The notes below the pieces were generated by a model. It saw only the letters and a program-made list of their open reading frames with translations. It was not told the origin of the DNA and did not search any database. A stretch of DNA of 64,000 nucleotides, taken from NCBI GenBank assembly GCA_902775285.1, contig CACYLI010000001.1:219697-283696 (forward strand), in the 5' to 3' direction. A program made the translations under genes and the position numbers. Source of the DNA: an uncultured Erysipelotrichaceae bacterium (GTDB lineage: Bacteria; Bacillota_I; Bacilli_A; RF39; UBA660). Below are positions 10,281 through 20,592 of this stretch, in pieces; position 1 is the first letter of the stretch; the number at the start of each line of letters is the position of its first letter.

Positions 10281-10724
10281 CTATAAACTCTTAGTTTTTT
10301 GTGAATCAATAAATGGTTTAGTAATTGTCTCTAACATATCATCAACCCTAATATTTGTATTAGAAACATCTAATTCAGCACTTAACATCTCATTAATTGA
10401 TTTATTAGCATGCAATAATGCATTAGTAAACTTTCTAGCATCTTCTTCACTTAAACCACATTTATTTATTAAAATATCTAATCCCTGATCAGAAGAAAAC
10501 ATAACTGCTTTTGATATATATGTTTTAGCCATAGAATCTATCATTTCTTCACTACTATAATAACCATTTCTTATTTTTTCACACAAATCATCACGAATAA
10601 ATTTACTATTAATACGTTTATAATATTTTTTAAAAATATCTACTTGAAATGGTAGTAATCCATATTCACTGCATAAACCTTCATCATCTTCATATATTAG
10701 CATATCAATTACATTGTCATTCAT
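10281..10724 (-). CDS. hypothetical cytosolic protein
   Basis: Track ORF 10281..10736. The ATG at 10724 is preceded by GGTGA. No recognisable domain. Confidence 0.45.
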   Translation of the reverse strand: MNDNVIDMLIYEDDEGLCSEYGLLPFQVDIFKKYYKRINSKFIRDDLCEKIRNGYYSSEEMIDSMAKTYISKAVMFSSDQGLDILINKCGLSEEDARKFTNALLHANKSINEMLSAELDVSNTNIRVDDMLETITKPFIDSQKTKSL

Positions 10725-10785
10725 AAATTTCACCAATTTAATTATATAAAATATAATATTGATTTAAAAACTTTTATATAATATT

Positions 10786-13700
10786 TTACATAATCTCTTG
10801 TAAAACAGTCTTCTCATCTAATATTGAATATAAATATGTATTTATTTTTTTATTACTTATACTACCAATATATTTTTTATATCCATCTAATTGTTTTAAA
10901 TAATTTTCATCTTTTGTATTTTTTAATTTAAAATCAACTATATCTATATGATCACTATATTCTAACATTAAATCAATTATTCCATGATAAATATTACCAT
11001 CTTCTTGATACATAAATTCATATTCGTGATAAATAGTTGCATTTTTAACATTTTTCATAATATCACAATTAACAAAACTATTGACTTTATTTCTAATAAA
11101 TTTATCTTTTATAATACTATCATCATAATTTTTAAAATCAATATATTCAAATGTTTCATGAATTTTAGTTCCATATTTCATATTATTTAATGTAATTGAA
11201 TCTAACAATGAATGACTTTCCTTAGAAAAATGATTTGTTTTATTTACTTCATTATTAATATTTATTTCATCTACTACAAAATCATCGTTAGAATCATTTA
11301 AAATATTATCAATTTTCTTAATATATAAATAACTCTTATTCAATCCAATATTATAAATATCAATATCATAGAAATATTCATTTAAATAATCTTTAATACC
11401 ATATATAAAATCAGATAATTTTAAAAATGAAAACCTTCTTATTTTATTTAATACACCATTTTCATCTTTTTCTAATTTCATAGTTTCTTTTTTAGGTAAA
11501 ACTATAATCATTTGTTCTCTTGCTCTTGTTAATGCAACATAGAATAACCTAATTTTTTCACTTATTTCTTCTTTAGTATAATCATTAATATATAATTTTT
11601 TTAAAATGCTTGTTTCTTCTTCACTTAATGTATTTGGTACTATTAATCCATAATCAGAAGATACAATAAACAAATCTTTAGTATCACTCATATTAAATGA
11701 ATGATCTAAATCAGCAAAATAACATATAGGAAACTCTAATCCCTTAGATTTATGTATAGTCATAATTTTAACACTATCATTTGAAGTATTATAAGCATTA
11801 TATTTAATATCAATACTCTCTTTATTAAGATTATCTAAATAAGTTACAAAATCACTTATAGTCATTCCTAAATCATTTAAACTTTCAGCTATATCACTTA
11901 ATGATTTTAATCTTACATTTATATTTTCATATTCACCTACTTTATATATTTTAGAGTAAAATGATGTCATATCTAAAATATCATCAAATAATTCTACAAT
12001 ACTTTTAGAATTAATTGAATCAATTTTACTAAAATCTTTAAATAGTTCTGTTTCTTTAAAAGTATTATTTTTAAATATAGAAAACAAATATTCATCACTA
12101 TATTCATATAAGAAACTTCTTCCTATACTCATAAAATCATATTTAAAATCAATTCCATAATCACATTTATTTATTCTAATTATAAAATCAAATATATTCT
12201 TAATTAATAAAATATCACTACTATCATTTAACTTTTCATCCTTTAATACATTTAGTGGAATTCCAGAATACTCAAAAACTTTTTTAAAATCAGTAAAATA
12301 TTTACTCCTATCAAGTATAATAACAAAATCACTATATTTAATATCTCTTAAATACTTCTTATCCTTATCAAATACCTTTAATTTTGAATTTATTTTATTT
12401 TTAATATCATTAGCTATTGTAAACATTTCAATCTCAATATTTGAATAATCATTACTTTTTTCATACTCTAATACTTTAAAATTATAATCATAATCTTTCA
12501 TTCTGTTATCATCATATAAAGTATTACCATAATTCATTTCATGACTTTCTTTGTATTTAGCTCCACCTAAATCATCATCCATTAATAGTTCAAATATTCT
12601 ATTAATATTATCTAAAACTTCACTTCTACTTCTAAAGTTTTTAATCAAATCAATTTTATAACCACCATCATTTAATGAATACTTATCATATTTACTTTTA
12701 AATATATTTGGATTTGAACCTCTAAATTTATAAATAGATTGTTTAATATCACCAACCATATATACATTATTATTTTCAATCAAACTTATAAAAGCATCTT
12801 GAATATCATTAGTATCTTGATATTCATCAATCATTATTTCTTTAAAACTATTTTTAATTTCATTTCTAATATTTTCATTATTTTTAAGAATATCAATAGA
12901 CATACAAGCAATATCATTAAAAGTATAAATATTATTTTCACTTTTATAATCACTTACTCTTTTAATAAATTTACTAACAATATCTAATATAGTTAAAACT
13001 ACACTTTTATTTTCTACAATACTATATCTTATACTATCACTATTTCCATATTTACTATATGATATTATTTCATCTATTGATTTTTTTAAATTTTCTTTAA
13101 TTTTTTTAGCTTCTTCATTAGGATATTTAGATATTCTAGGTAATGAAACACTATTAATTAAATATAAATCTCTAATATTACTATTTAATATATTACTAAT
13201 ACTATCATATATTTTATCAACTGTTTTTGAATCAAAATAATAATTTAGGTTTTCAAATTCCATTAATACACTTTTTCTTTTATCTTCTAAAAAATCATAA
13301 TATTTTTCAATTATTTTATTAATATATTCATCACTAAAAAATGTATTCTTAATAAAATCAATATATTCTATTTTATCAAATCTATTATCTATTATATTTG
13401 AAATCTTCAATATATTTTCTCTTAAATAATTATCATTCTTAACACAATAAACATCAATAAGATTTAAAAAATCTTTGTCTTTCTTTAAATAATATTCTTC
13501 AAATAATTCATCTAATATTCTCTTTTTTTCAAGAAGAATAATTGATTCATCACTTATTCCTATATCAGATGGAACATTTAATAAATAATGATACTTTTTT
13601 ACAATAGATAAAGCATATGAATCAAATGTTGTAATATAAGAAGAATTAAGTAAATTCAATTCATCCTTATAATCACTTAATTTTTTTCTAATTCTATCTT

Positions 13701-13887
13701 TCATTTCAGAAGCGGCTGCTTTAGTAAATGTTAAAATCAAAAGCTCATTTACATGAATATTATTTTTAACTTTATCAATTACTCTTTCAGAAAGAACAGC
13801 TGTTTTTCCACTACCTGCTCCTGCACTTACAATAATATTTTTTCCAGATTCAGTAATTGCCTTTAATTGTTCATTAGTCCAAGCCAT
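10786..13887 (-). CDS. addA: ATP-dependent helicase/nuclease subunit A (AddA/RexA)
   Basis: UvrD-type N-terminus WTNEQLKAITESGKNIIVSAGAGSGKTAVLSERV, DEYQDT motif, VKIMTIHKSKGLEF, and a C-terminal RecB-type nuclease (GIIDLM...VDFK). Confidence 0.9.
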   Translation of the reverse strand: MAWTNEQLKAITESGKNIIVSAGAGSGKTAVLSERVIDKVKNNIHVNELLILTFTKAAASEMKDRIRKKLSDYKDELNLLNSSYITTFDSYALSIVKKYHYLLNVPSDIGISDESIILLEKKRILDELFEEYYLKKDKDFLNLIDVYCVKNDNYLRENILKISNIIDNRFDKIEYIDFIKNTFFSDEYINKIIEKYYDFLEDKRKSVLMEFENLNYYFDSKTVDKIYDSISNILNSNIRDLYLINSVSLPRISKYPNEEAKKIKENLKKSIDEIISYSKYGNSDSIRYSIVENKSVVLTILDIVSKFIKRVSDYKSENNIYTFNDIACMSIDILKNNENIRNEIKNSFKEIMIDEYQDTNDIQDAFISLIENNNVYMVGDIKQSIYKFRGSNPNIFKSKYDKYSLNDGGYKIDLIKNFRSRSEVLDNINRIFELLMDDDLGGAKYKESHEMNYGNTLYDDNRMKDYDYNFKVLEYEKSNDYSNIEIEMFTIANDIKNKINSKLKVFDKDKKYLRDIKYSDFVIILDRSKYFTDFKKVFEYSGIPLNVLKDEKLNDSSDILLIKNIFDFIIRINKCDYGIDFKYDFMSIGRSFLYEYSDEYLFSIFKNNTFKETELFKDFSKIDSINSKSIVELFDDILDMTSFYSKIYKVGEYENINVRLKSLSDIAESLNDLGMTISDFVTYLDNLNKESIDIKYNAYNTSNDSVKIMTIHKSKGLEFPICYFADLDHSFNMSDTKDLFIVSSDYGLIVPNTLSEEETSILKKLYINDYTKEEISEKIRLFYVALTRAREQMIIVLPKKETMKLEKDENGVLNKIRRFSFLKLSDFIYGIKDYLNEYFYDIDIYNIGLNKSYLYIKKIDNILNDSNDDFVVDEININNEVNKTNHFSKESHSLLDSITLNNMKYGTKIHETFEYIDFKNYDDSIIKDKFIRNKVNSFVNCDIMKNVKNATIYHEYEFMYQEDGNIYHGIIDLMLEYSDHIDIVDFKLKNTKDENYLKQLDGYKKYIGSISNKKINTYLYSILDEKTVLQEIM

Positions 13888-16235
13888 TATTCTTCACCCC
13901 CAAAAATATTCTTTATTTCTTTTAAATTAACAATATCTTCATTTCTCATATAACAAATATCATTAAATTTACAATATTTACATGATTTATTAACCCCATT
14001 AATCATTTTAGGGTTAATATCAAAATTAGAAGATAAAATAGAATTACTACATTCATTAACTTTATCTTTTACTATATTAGAAATAATATCAAATTCACTA
14101 TCATTAAGAACTTTAGAATATGCATAAAAACCATTAGAACTAGTTTTTAAACTTTTAATAACACAAGAATTATTAAAAGAAGAATCTACTAATGATAAGA
14201 CACCAACATCACTATTTGAATATCCTTGTAATTTTAATGATTCTATTCTTTCATCTAAATCTCTTTTATTATTTAAAATCTTTTGTAAATAAAAACCACC
14301 AATTCTAACATTTTTTACAATATTAGAATTCTTAATTAAATACATATATATAGGTAACTGCATATCTAATCCATACTTAATATTATTAATATTTATATTT
14401 GGATTCCCTGTTTTATAATCAACTATAGCAACAATCGTTTCACCATTAAACTCATCATATAATATTTTATCTACATATCCTTTAAATGTAATATGTAAAT
14501 CTTTATTTACATCTATTATTATCTCTTTTTCATACATGGTTTTTGAAAGTGATGTGTATTTTAATTGATTTTTTATCGTATCAATTATTAAAATCAATTC
14601 TTCTTTTAATTTATCAAGAAAGAATTTCTCCATATTATTAAACTCATATTTACATGACTCTATTTCATAATTCCATAAATCTTCAAAATTACTATTTTCA
14701 ATAAAATATTTAGATAATATATGGTGAAATACATTTCCAATAACAATATCAAAAGTATCTTCATACTTATTCAAATGTAAAATATTATTCAAATAATATT
14801 TAAAAGCACACTCATAATATGTATTTAAAGATGAATATGATAGACTTAATTCATTATTCATGTATTCATTTATATCTTTTTTAGGTATCTTAGAATATTT
14901 ATTAGAGTAACCAAAAAAATCTAAATCTTTATAATGATTATTTAGAACAAATAATTCTTCACTTACACTACCATATTTTTTATATTCATCAAGTAAACTA
15001 ACTAATCTATTAATATTATATAAATTTGAATTACTATAATTAAACTTATAATCACACTTATTAAACAATTCTTCATTATATGAAGATGATATATATATTT
15101 CACCAGAAGAATCATTCTTACTATATGTCACTATTAAATTCTTAATTCTTTTAAAACCATCATATATATTATTATTAATACTTTTATTTAATTCTATAGA
15201 AGTACTAATACCTAGATTTTTTCTCTCAAAATCACTTAAATATTCCTCATCTTTATAATTAACAGGAAAAACTCCTTCATTATAATTAATCAAAAACACA
15301 TAATCATCTTCATTTATTATCTCATTTAAAACATCCACTACTTTAACACTATTCTTATATTTAATATTTTTTAATTTAATATTATCAAGATCACTAAATA
15401 CTAATTCTCTTACACTATTATAGTCACTAGCAAAATAATAATTATTTAATGTATCTATAATATTTTTATAAATCTCTACTTCACTTTCTGTTTGAATTAA
15501 ATCTTCAATACTTTTCAAAGATAAAGTAATATCATTAGAATAGTTTTCTTTAAAAGTTTTAATAATATTACTACCTTTAACACTACTATAATTATTAACT
15601 TCAAAACAAATATTAAACTCTTTCATTTTTCTTTTAATAATTTTAACATTAGACTTATTAACATTAGATAATTTTATTCTATTAATATCTATACCATTTT
15701 TAATAAGTTTACAAATTTTAGAACAAACGAAATCTATTTCTTCCTCTAAATCATTAAAACAATATAAATCTTTCCTTCCATAATCTTTCTCTATATCATA
15801 TTCAATAATATTATTATTTTTAGAAAGCACATTAAAAATATTTTTATAAAAATTATCTACATATTTTAAATCAAATAATACAATATCTTTAGAATTTAAA
15901 AAATTCTTAAATAAATCATCATATATTAATAAATCATTTGAATCCAAATCACTCTTTAATTCCTTTAAGAATTTAATCTTATCTGTTTCAAAATCATTTA
16001 AATAATATAAATTATCTAAATAAATTTTAGCTATACTATTATGTACTTTATATTTATTACATATATAATAAATACATTTTTTATCATAATCAAAATAATA
16101 CTTTTTCTTAAGTTCACTTAAAGTAATTATTTTAATATTGAAAAGACTAGAATTACTACTTAATAATTCTAATAAACTCTCTTTCATCTCATCTTTAATA
16201 ATAACAATTTTATCTTTAAGCAAACTAATATCCAT
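13887..16235 (-). CDS. addB: helicase/nuclease subunit B (AddB/RexB), short form
   Basis: Start-stop overlap with addA. C-terminal PD-(D/E)xK nuclease (VDYKTG) and Fe-S cysteine motif CKYCKFNDIC. I saw no Walker A at the N-terminus. Confidence 0.8.
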   Translation of the reverse strand: MDISLLKDKIVIIKDEMKESLLELLSSNSSLFNIKIITLSELKKKYYFDYDKKCIYYICNKYKVHNSIAKIYLDNLYYLNDFETDKIKFLKELKSDLDSNDLLIYDDLFKNFLNSKDIVLFDLKYVDNFYKNIFNVLSKNNNIIEYDIEKDYGRKDLYCFNDLEEEIDFVCSKICKLIKNGIDINRIKLSNVNKSNVKIIKRKMKEFNICFEVNNYSSVKGSNIIKTFKENYSNDITLSLKSIEDLIQTESEVEIYKNIIDTLNNYYFASDYNSVRELVFSDLDNIKLKNIKYKNSVKVVDVLNEIINEDDYVFLINYNEGVFPVNYKDEEYLSDFERKNLGISTSIELNKSINNNIYDGFKRIKNLIVTYSKNDSSGEIYISSSYNEELFNKCDYKFNYSNSNLYNINRLVSLLDEYKKYGSVSEELFVLNNHYKDLDFFGYSNKYSKIPKKDINEYMNNELSLSYSSLNTYYECAFKYYLNNILHLNKYEDTFDIVIGNVFHHILSKYFIENSNFEDLWNYEIESCKYEFNNMEKFFLDKLKEELILIIDTIKNQLKYTSLSKTMYEKEIIIDVNKDLHITFKGYVDKILYDEFNGETIVAIVDYKTGNPNININNIKYGLDMQLPIYMYLIKNSNIVKNVRIGGFYLQKILNNKRDLDERIESLKLQGYSNSDVGVLSLVDSSFNNSCVIKSLKTSSNGFYAYSKVLNDSEFDIISNIVKDKVNECSNSILSSNFDINPKMINGVNKSCKYCKFNDICYMRNEDIVNLKEIKNIFGGEE

Positions 16236-16306
16236 TATAATACCTCTTAATAATTATAACATGTATTTCTAACTTGTGATATAATGATTAATAAAGGAAG
16301 TGAATT

Positions 16307-16771
16307 ATGGCAATAGACAAAGTAAAAGAATATTTTAAAAAATATAATATAGATAATAGAATAAAAGAATTTGATGTAAGTAGCGCTACCGTAAGTGAAG
16401 CTGCTATGGCATTAAATACTGAAGAAAAAAGAATAGCAAAAACTCTTTCATTTAAAACAAAAGAAAATATTATTTTAGTAGTACTCGCAGGAGATGCTAA
16501 AATAAGCAATTCAAAATACAAAAATACATTTCATGAAAAAGCCCATATGATACCATTTGATGAAGTAAATGAATTAATAGGCCATCCAGTTGGTGGTGTT
16601 TGTCCATTCGCAGTAAATGAAAATGTAATTGTTTATTTAGATGAATCACTTAAAAGATTTGAAACAGTTTTCCCAGCATGTGGAAGTCCATCTTCTGCTA
16701 TAGAACTTACAATAGAAGAATTAGAAAAATACTCTAATTATGTAAAATGGGTAGATATTTCAACATATTAA
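16307..16771 (+). CDS. YbaK/EbsC-family aminoacyl-tRNA deacylase
   Basis: 154 aa with GHPVGGVCPF and the typical YbaK-domain layout. Confidence 0.8.
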   Translation: MAIDKVKEYFKKYNIDNRIKEFDVSSATVSEAAMALNTEEKRIAKTLSFKTKENIILVVLAGDAKISNSKYKNTFHEKAHMIPFDEVNELIGHPVGGVCPFAVNENVIVYLDESLKRFETVFPACGSPSSAIELTIEELEKYSNYVKWVDISTY

Positions 16772-16793
16772 AAAAGAGCTATATAGCTCTTTT
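16772..16793. terminator. bidirectional intrinsic terminator
   Basis: AAAAGAGCTA-TA-TAGCTCTTTT palindrome between convergent genes. Confidence 0.6.
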
Positions 16794-17682
16794 AATTTTG
16801 ATTAATATTATTATTTGATTCTGGTGTTAATGATTGATTATTATTATCTTCTTCAAGTTCACCTTCTTTAAATATCAATGTATTTCTAGAAGATAATTTC
16901 TTTTTAACAACTATAAATCCAATAATGCATCCAACTATTACGATTAATACAAGACTAGATACTATTATCATATTTTTAATATTATATATATTAAAAGTAT
17001 AATCAATATTATGAGTAGTACCATCATAACTTAAATTCCATGTAAGTGTTCTATTTAAATTACTTTTTTCATCAGCATTACTACTAGTACAAGAATAAGG
17101 TAAATTAACAACATATTTTAATTCAATATCATTAGTTAATTCTGATATTTTATTTAAATCTTCCATTGATGATTCATCTAAATTTTCACTAGTTTCAGTT
17201 TCACTCTCATCCTCGGTTTCTTCATTATTAGTTACTTCTTCTTTTTTTAAAATATTATCTTCATCACTTAACATAATACTAAATTTAGCTGTATAAATAT
17301 CCTTTAAAAAACTTTTTTTATGTACAAATAAATTCACAATATCTTCATTTTCAAGTAATTCTTTTAAGTTTACTCTATCAACTGCATCACTAGAATAATC
17401 ATCTATATTCTTATAAGTTTTTTTTAGTTTAATACCACTATATTCAGGAGTATCACCAGATTTACTAAAATTAACATTAGTTACTTTAAAACCATTACTT
17501 TCATATTTACTTGTATCAATATTCGCAGATACTTCATCACTTATCAAAGTAGATACTAACACTTCAACTTCATAAGTCATATTTTTATCTTTATCTATAG
17601 TCATACTATTTGTATTCTTAACGCAACCACTAAGTAAAATAATAGAAATAAGAATTAATAAAATAGAAAAAAACTTCTTCAT
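16792..17682 (-). CDS. lipoprotein with an acidic linker and a C-terminal TM anchor
   Basis: Lipobox LLSGC after a signal peptide. C-terminal helix IIVSSLVLIVIVGCIIGFIVV. ATG at 17682 follows AAGGTG. Confidence 0.6.
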   Translation of the reverse strand: MKKFFSILLILISIILLSGCVKNTNSMTIDKDKNMTYEVEVLVSTLISDEVSANIDTSKYESNGFKVTNVNFSKSGDTPEYSGIKLKKTYKNIDDYSSDAVDRVNLKELLENEDIVNLFVHKKSFLKDIYTAKFSIMLSDEDNILKKEEVTNNEETEDESETETSENLDESSMEDLNKISELTNDIELKYVVNLPYSCTSSNADEKSNLNRTLTWNLSYDGTTHNIDYTFNIYNIKNMIIVSSLVLIVIVGCIIGFIVVKKKLSSRNTLIFKEGELEEDNNNQSLTPESNNNINQN

Positions 17683-17746
17683 AGTAAACACCTTCTTATC
17701 TTAAAATGATTATAACACAAAAGAAAACAAATAAAAAGACATTGTA

Positions 17747-18184
17747 TTATATAAATGCCTTTAACTTTACAGCTTCATTTTCTTGAAACTTCATAAAATC
17801 TTTACAAATAGATAAATATTTTTTCTTTGCAATATGCTTATATTTATCAATTTTAGTATTCATTTCTAATACACCCATTGTAAAACCTTCAATAAGCATT
17901 TCAGCAATCGCAGAATCACTATTATCTTTTAAAGTTTCAAATCTAACTCCTAAATTACTACTAATTTTACTCATTAAACTACTACCTTCTATACTTATTT
18001 TGTTTCTCTTTAAAATCTTTTCACTTAATTTAAGAAAACTTTCATACTCTTTTAATTCACTTTCCAAAACATGTTTAATTTTATTTTCTTTATTCTTTAG
18101 TGCATTTACTAAACATGTAGTAGAATACACTCCCATTTCTGCACTCTTATATAAATGCAAAATTAATTCATTATTTTCATTCAT
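17747..18184 (-). CDS. helical-bundle hypothetical protein (DUF2383/ferritin-like by resemblance)
   Basis: All-helical 145-aa ORF. Assignment is tentative. Confidence 0.4.
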   Translation of the reverse strand: MNENNELILHLYKSAEMGVYSTTCLVNALKNKENKIKHVLESELKEYESFLKLSEKILKRNKISIEGSSLMSKISSNLGVRFETLKDNSDSAIAEMLIEGFTMGVLEMNTKIDKYKHIAKKKYLSICKDFMKFQENEAVKLKAFI

Positions 18185-18264
18185 TATATTCACCACTATT
18201 ATTTTGCTAATTACTTATAAAAATATACATATATATGGTATAATTTTATAAAGAGGTAAGCAAA

Positions 18265-18921
18265 ATGATTAAAAACAAAGAACAAGGATTATTAATAATA
18301 GTATCTGGTCCGAGTGGATGCGGAAAAAGTACACTCAATAGTATGCTATTAAACAAAAGAAAAAATATCGTAATGTCAATATCTGATACAACAAGAAAAC
18401 CAAGAGGTCAAGAAATTAATGGCATTGATTATAATTTTATAACAACTGAAGAATTTGAAGAAAACATTAAAAATGATAAATATTTAGAATACGCAATGGT
18501 ATACACAGGAACTTATTATGGAACACCAAGCGATTTTGTAGACAAAAAATTAAAAGAAGGAATAGATGTAATATTAGAAATAGATATTGAAGGTGCTAGA
18601 AAAGTTAATGAAAAAAGAAAAGATGCTATATTTATATTTATAATGCCACCATCAATGGAAATATTAAAAGAAAGACTTATATCTAGAAAAACAGAATCAA
18701 AAGAACAAATAATAGAAAGATTTAAAACAGCATATAAAGAAATCAATGAAGTATCAAAATACAACTATGTCATAGTAAATGATAATTTAGAAGAAGCTTT
18801 AAATAAAATGAATGCTATCATAACATGTGAAAAATGTAGAGTTGATAGAATAGAAGAAGTTGAAATTGGTAATCAAGAAGAAATAATTCACGAAATATTA
18901 ATGGATATGAAATCAGAATAA
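18265..18921 (+). CDS. gmk: guanylate kinase
   Basis: GPSGCGKST P-loop and TTRKPRGQEINGIDYNF. Confidence 0.9.
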   Translation: MIKNKEQGLLIIVSGPSGCGKSTLNSMLLNKRKNIVMSISDTTRKPRGQEINGIDYNFITTEEFEENIKNDKYLEYAMVYTGTYYGTPSDFVDKKLKEGIDVILEIDIEGARKVNEKRKDAIFIFIMPPSMEILKERLISRKTESKEQIIERFKTAYKEINEVSKYNYVIVNDNLEEALNKMNAIITCEKCRVDRIEEVEIGNQEEIIHEILMDMKSE

Positions 18922-18942
18922 AAAACACCATAAGGTGTTTTT
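18921..18942. terminator. bidirectional intrinsic terminator
   Basis: AAAAACACC-ATAA-GGTGTTTTT between the convergent gmk and ppaC. Confidence 0.6.
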
Positions 18943-20566
18943 ATTTGTCTAAAGCATCCATTATATAAGGTGCTATTTGCATTTTACGAGAAATAACTCC
19001 TTGTAATTCAACCCCCTCATATACTTTATTTAATTTAAAACTAATTTTAATTATTTCACTTGCTTCATCATTATATAAACAATAAGATTTATTTTTAAAA
19101 ATATCAGTTATAAATAATGTTAATACTTTATACTTTTCTTTTATACTTTCTTCATTTAAAAACTTAACTAATTCATTTACTTTTCTTTTAACACTATCAT
19201 AGTCAGATACAAGAATTTGTCCTATTCCAATTGTATTATCATCAACCTTATAAGATTTAAAATCTTTATGTAATATTTCTAAATTAGATAAACCTTTTAA
19301 ACTCATTCCAGCTTTAAGTAAATCCATACCATATTCTTTATATTTTACTTTAGCTATTTTAGATAATTCATTTACAGCATTAATATCTCTTTGAGTCGTA
19401 GTTGGAGAAGTAAGTAATACAGTATCAGATATTATAGCAGATAATAAAAGCCCTGCTATATTTTTAGGTATTTTAATACCACTTTCACCATACATTTCAT
19501 ATATAATTGTACTAACACAACCACATACACTAATTCTAAAATTAATAGGCATCTTAGTACTTATATCTCCAACATTATGATGATCAATAATTTCCAAAAT
19601 ATTAGCCTCTTCTAACCCATCAACACTCTGAATAAAATTATTATGGTCTACTAGTATTACTTTTTTTCTATCTACTTGATTAACATCAGTTAATGTAAGA
19701 ACACCAGTACACTCATTCTTTTTATTCAAAATTGGATAATTAGTATGTTTTAACTTTTTACTTAAATCACTAAAATCAGACAAATAATCAACTTCATTAA
19801 ATGTTACCGATTCATTTTCACTTCTAACAAAGTTTTTTATATAGTTTGATAATGATATAAGTTTACCAACTTCATAAGAATTATAATCAGTACTAATAAT
19901 ATTTACTCTATTCTTTCTAGCATGCCTTAATAATTCACTACTAATCTCTGCTCCTGCAACCAAAATAATTAATTTAACACATTTACTAATAGCATATTCT
20001 ACAATACCTTCTCTATCACCAGTAATTAAAATATATGAATTATCAAGACTTGATTTCTTTATAAAACCATCTTCTGAATATGTAGAAGCCAAAACATTAC
20101 CACAAATTTCTTTATCAAATTTTAATATTTTATTTCCTTTTAATATACTTAATATATTTCCATAAGAAGTATCTATCTTATGATAATTACCATTAATAAC
20201 TTCTCTTGCTATTTCTTTAAGAGAAACATATCCAAAATACTTATTTTTATTTTCAACTACTGGTATACCAGTTAAAGAATACTTATTCATATAATCAAAT
20301 GCATCTTTAACAGATAAATTCTTATCAATAAAACAATTCTTATGATAATTAACATCTTTTATTTGAAGTCTTACATCATTCAAATGAAAAGGAGCTTTAA
20401 AACCAAAATAATCTAAAGCATACTTAGTTTCAGCATTAATATTTCCTAATGATGCTGGTTTAGTTTTATATCCTAATTGATTCTTTAAATATGAAAGTGC
20501 AATTGATGCACATATAGAATCAGTATCTGGATTTTTATGACCAAATATATAAATAATATCATTCAT
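18941..20566 (-). CDS. ppaC: CBS/DRTGG-domain family II (Mn-dependent) inorganic pyrophosphatase
   Basis: DHH N-terminus IFGHKNPDTDSICASIA, CBS pair insert, VDHHN motif and a DHHA2-type C-terminus. Confidence 0.85.
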   Translation of the reverse strand: MNDIIYIFGHKNPDTDSICASIALSYLKNQLGYKTKPASLGNINAETKYALDYFGFKAPFHLNDVRLQIKDVNYHKNCFIDKNLSVKDAFDYMNKYSLTGIPVVENKNKYFGYVSLKEIAREVINGNYHKIDTSYGNILSILKGNKILKFDKEICGNVLASTYSEDGFIKKSSLDNSYILITGDREGIVEYAISKCVKLIILVAGAEISSELLRHARKNRVNIISTDYNSYEVGKLISLSNYIKNFVRSENESVTFNEVDYLSDFSDLSKKLKHTNYPILNKKNECTGVLTLTDVNQVDRKKVILVDHNNFIQSVDGLEEANILEIIDHHNVGDISTKMPINFRISVCGCVSTIIYEMYGESGIKIPKNIAGLLLSAIISDTVLLTSPTTTQRDINAVNELSKIAKVKYKEYGMDLLKAGMSLKGLSNLEILHKDFKSYKVDDNTIGIGQILVSDYDSVKRKVNELVKFLNEESIKEKYKVLTLFITDIFKNKSYCLYNDEASEIIKISFKLNKVYEGVELQGVISRKMQIAPYIMDALDK

Positions 20567-20592
20567 ATTCTTTTTTCCCTTTTCATATATTT

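Noticed and set aside
10984-12987. Plus-strand ORFs 10984..11190 and 12739..12987 inside addA
   Set aside because: They are antisense to a well-supported long gene. Their Ile/Phe/Asn-rich translations are typical of the reverse frame of AT-rich coding DNA, and neither has an RBS.
16288-16521. Minus-strand ORF overlapping the ybaK-like gene
   Set aside because: Antisense shadow ORF. The plus-strand product has clear YbaK motifs.
18000-18764. ORFs 18000..18251 (+) and 18516..18764 (-)
   Set aside because: They are antisense to the 17747 gene and to gmk respectively, with low-complexity translations.
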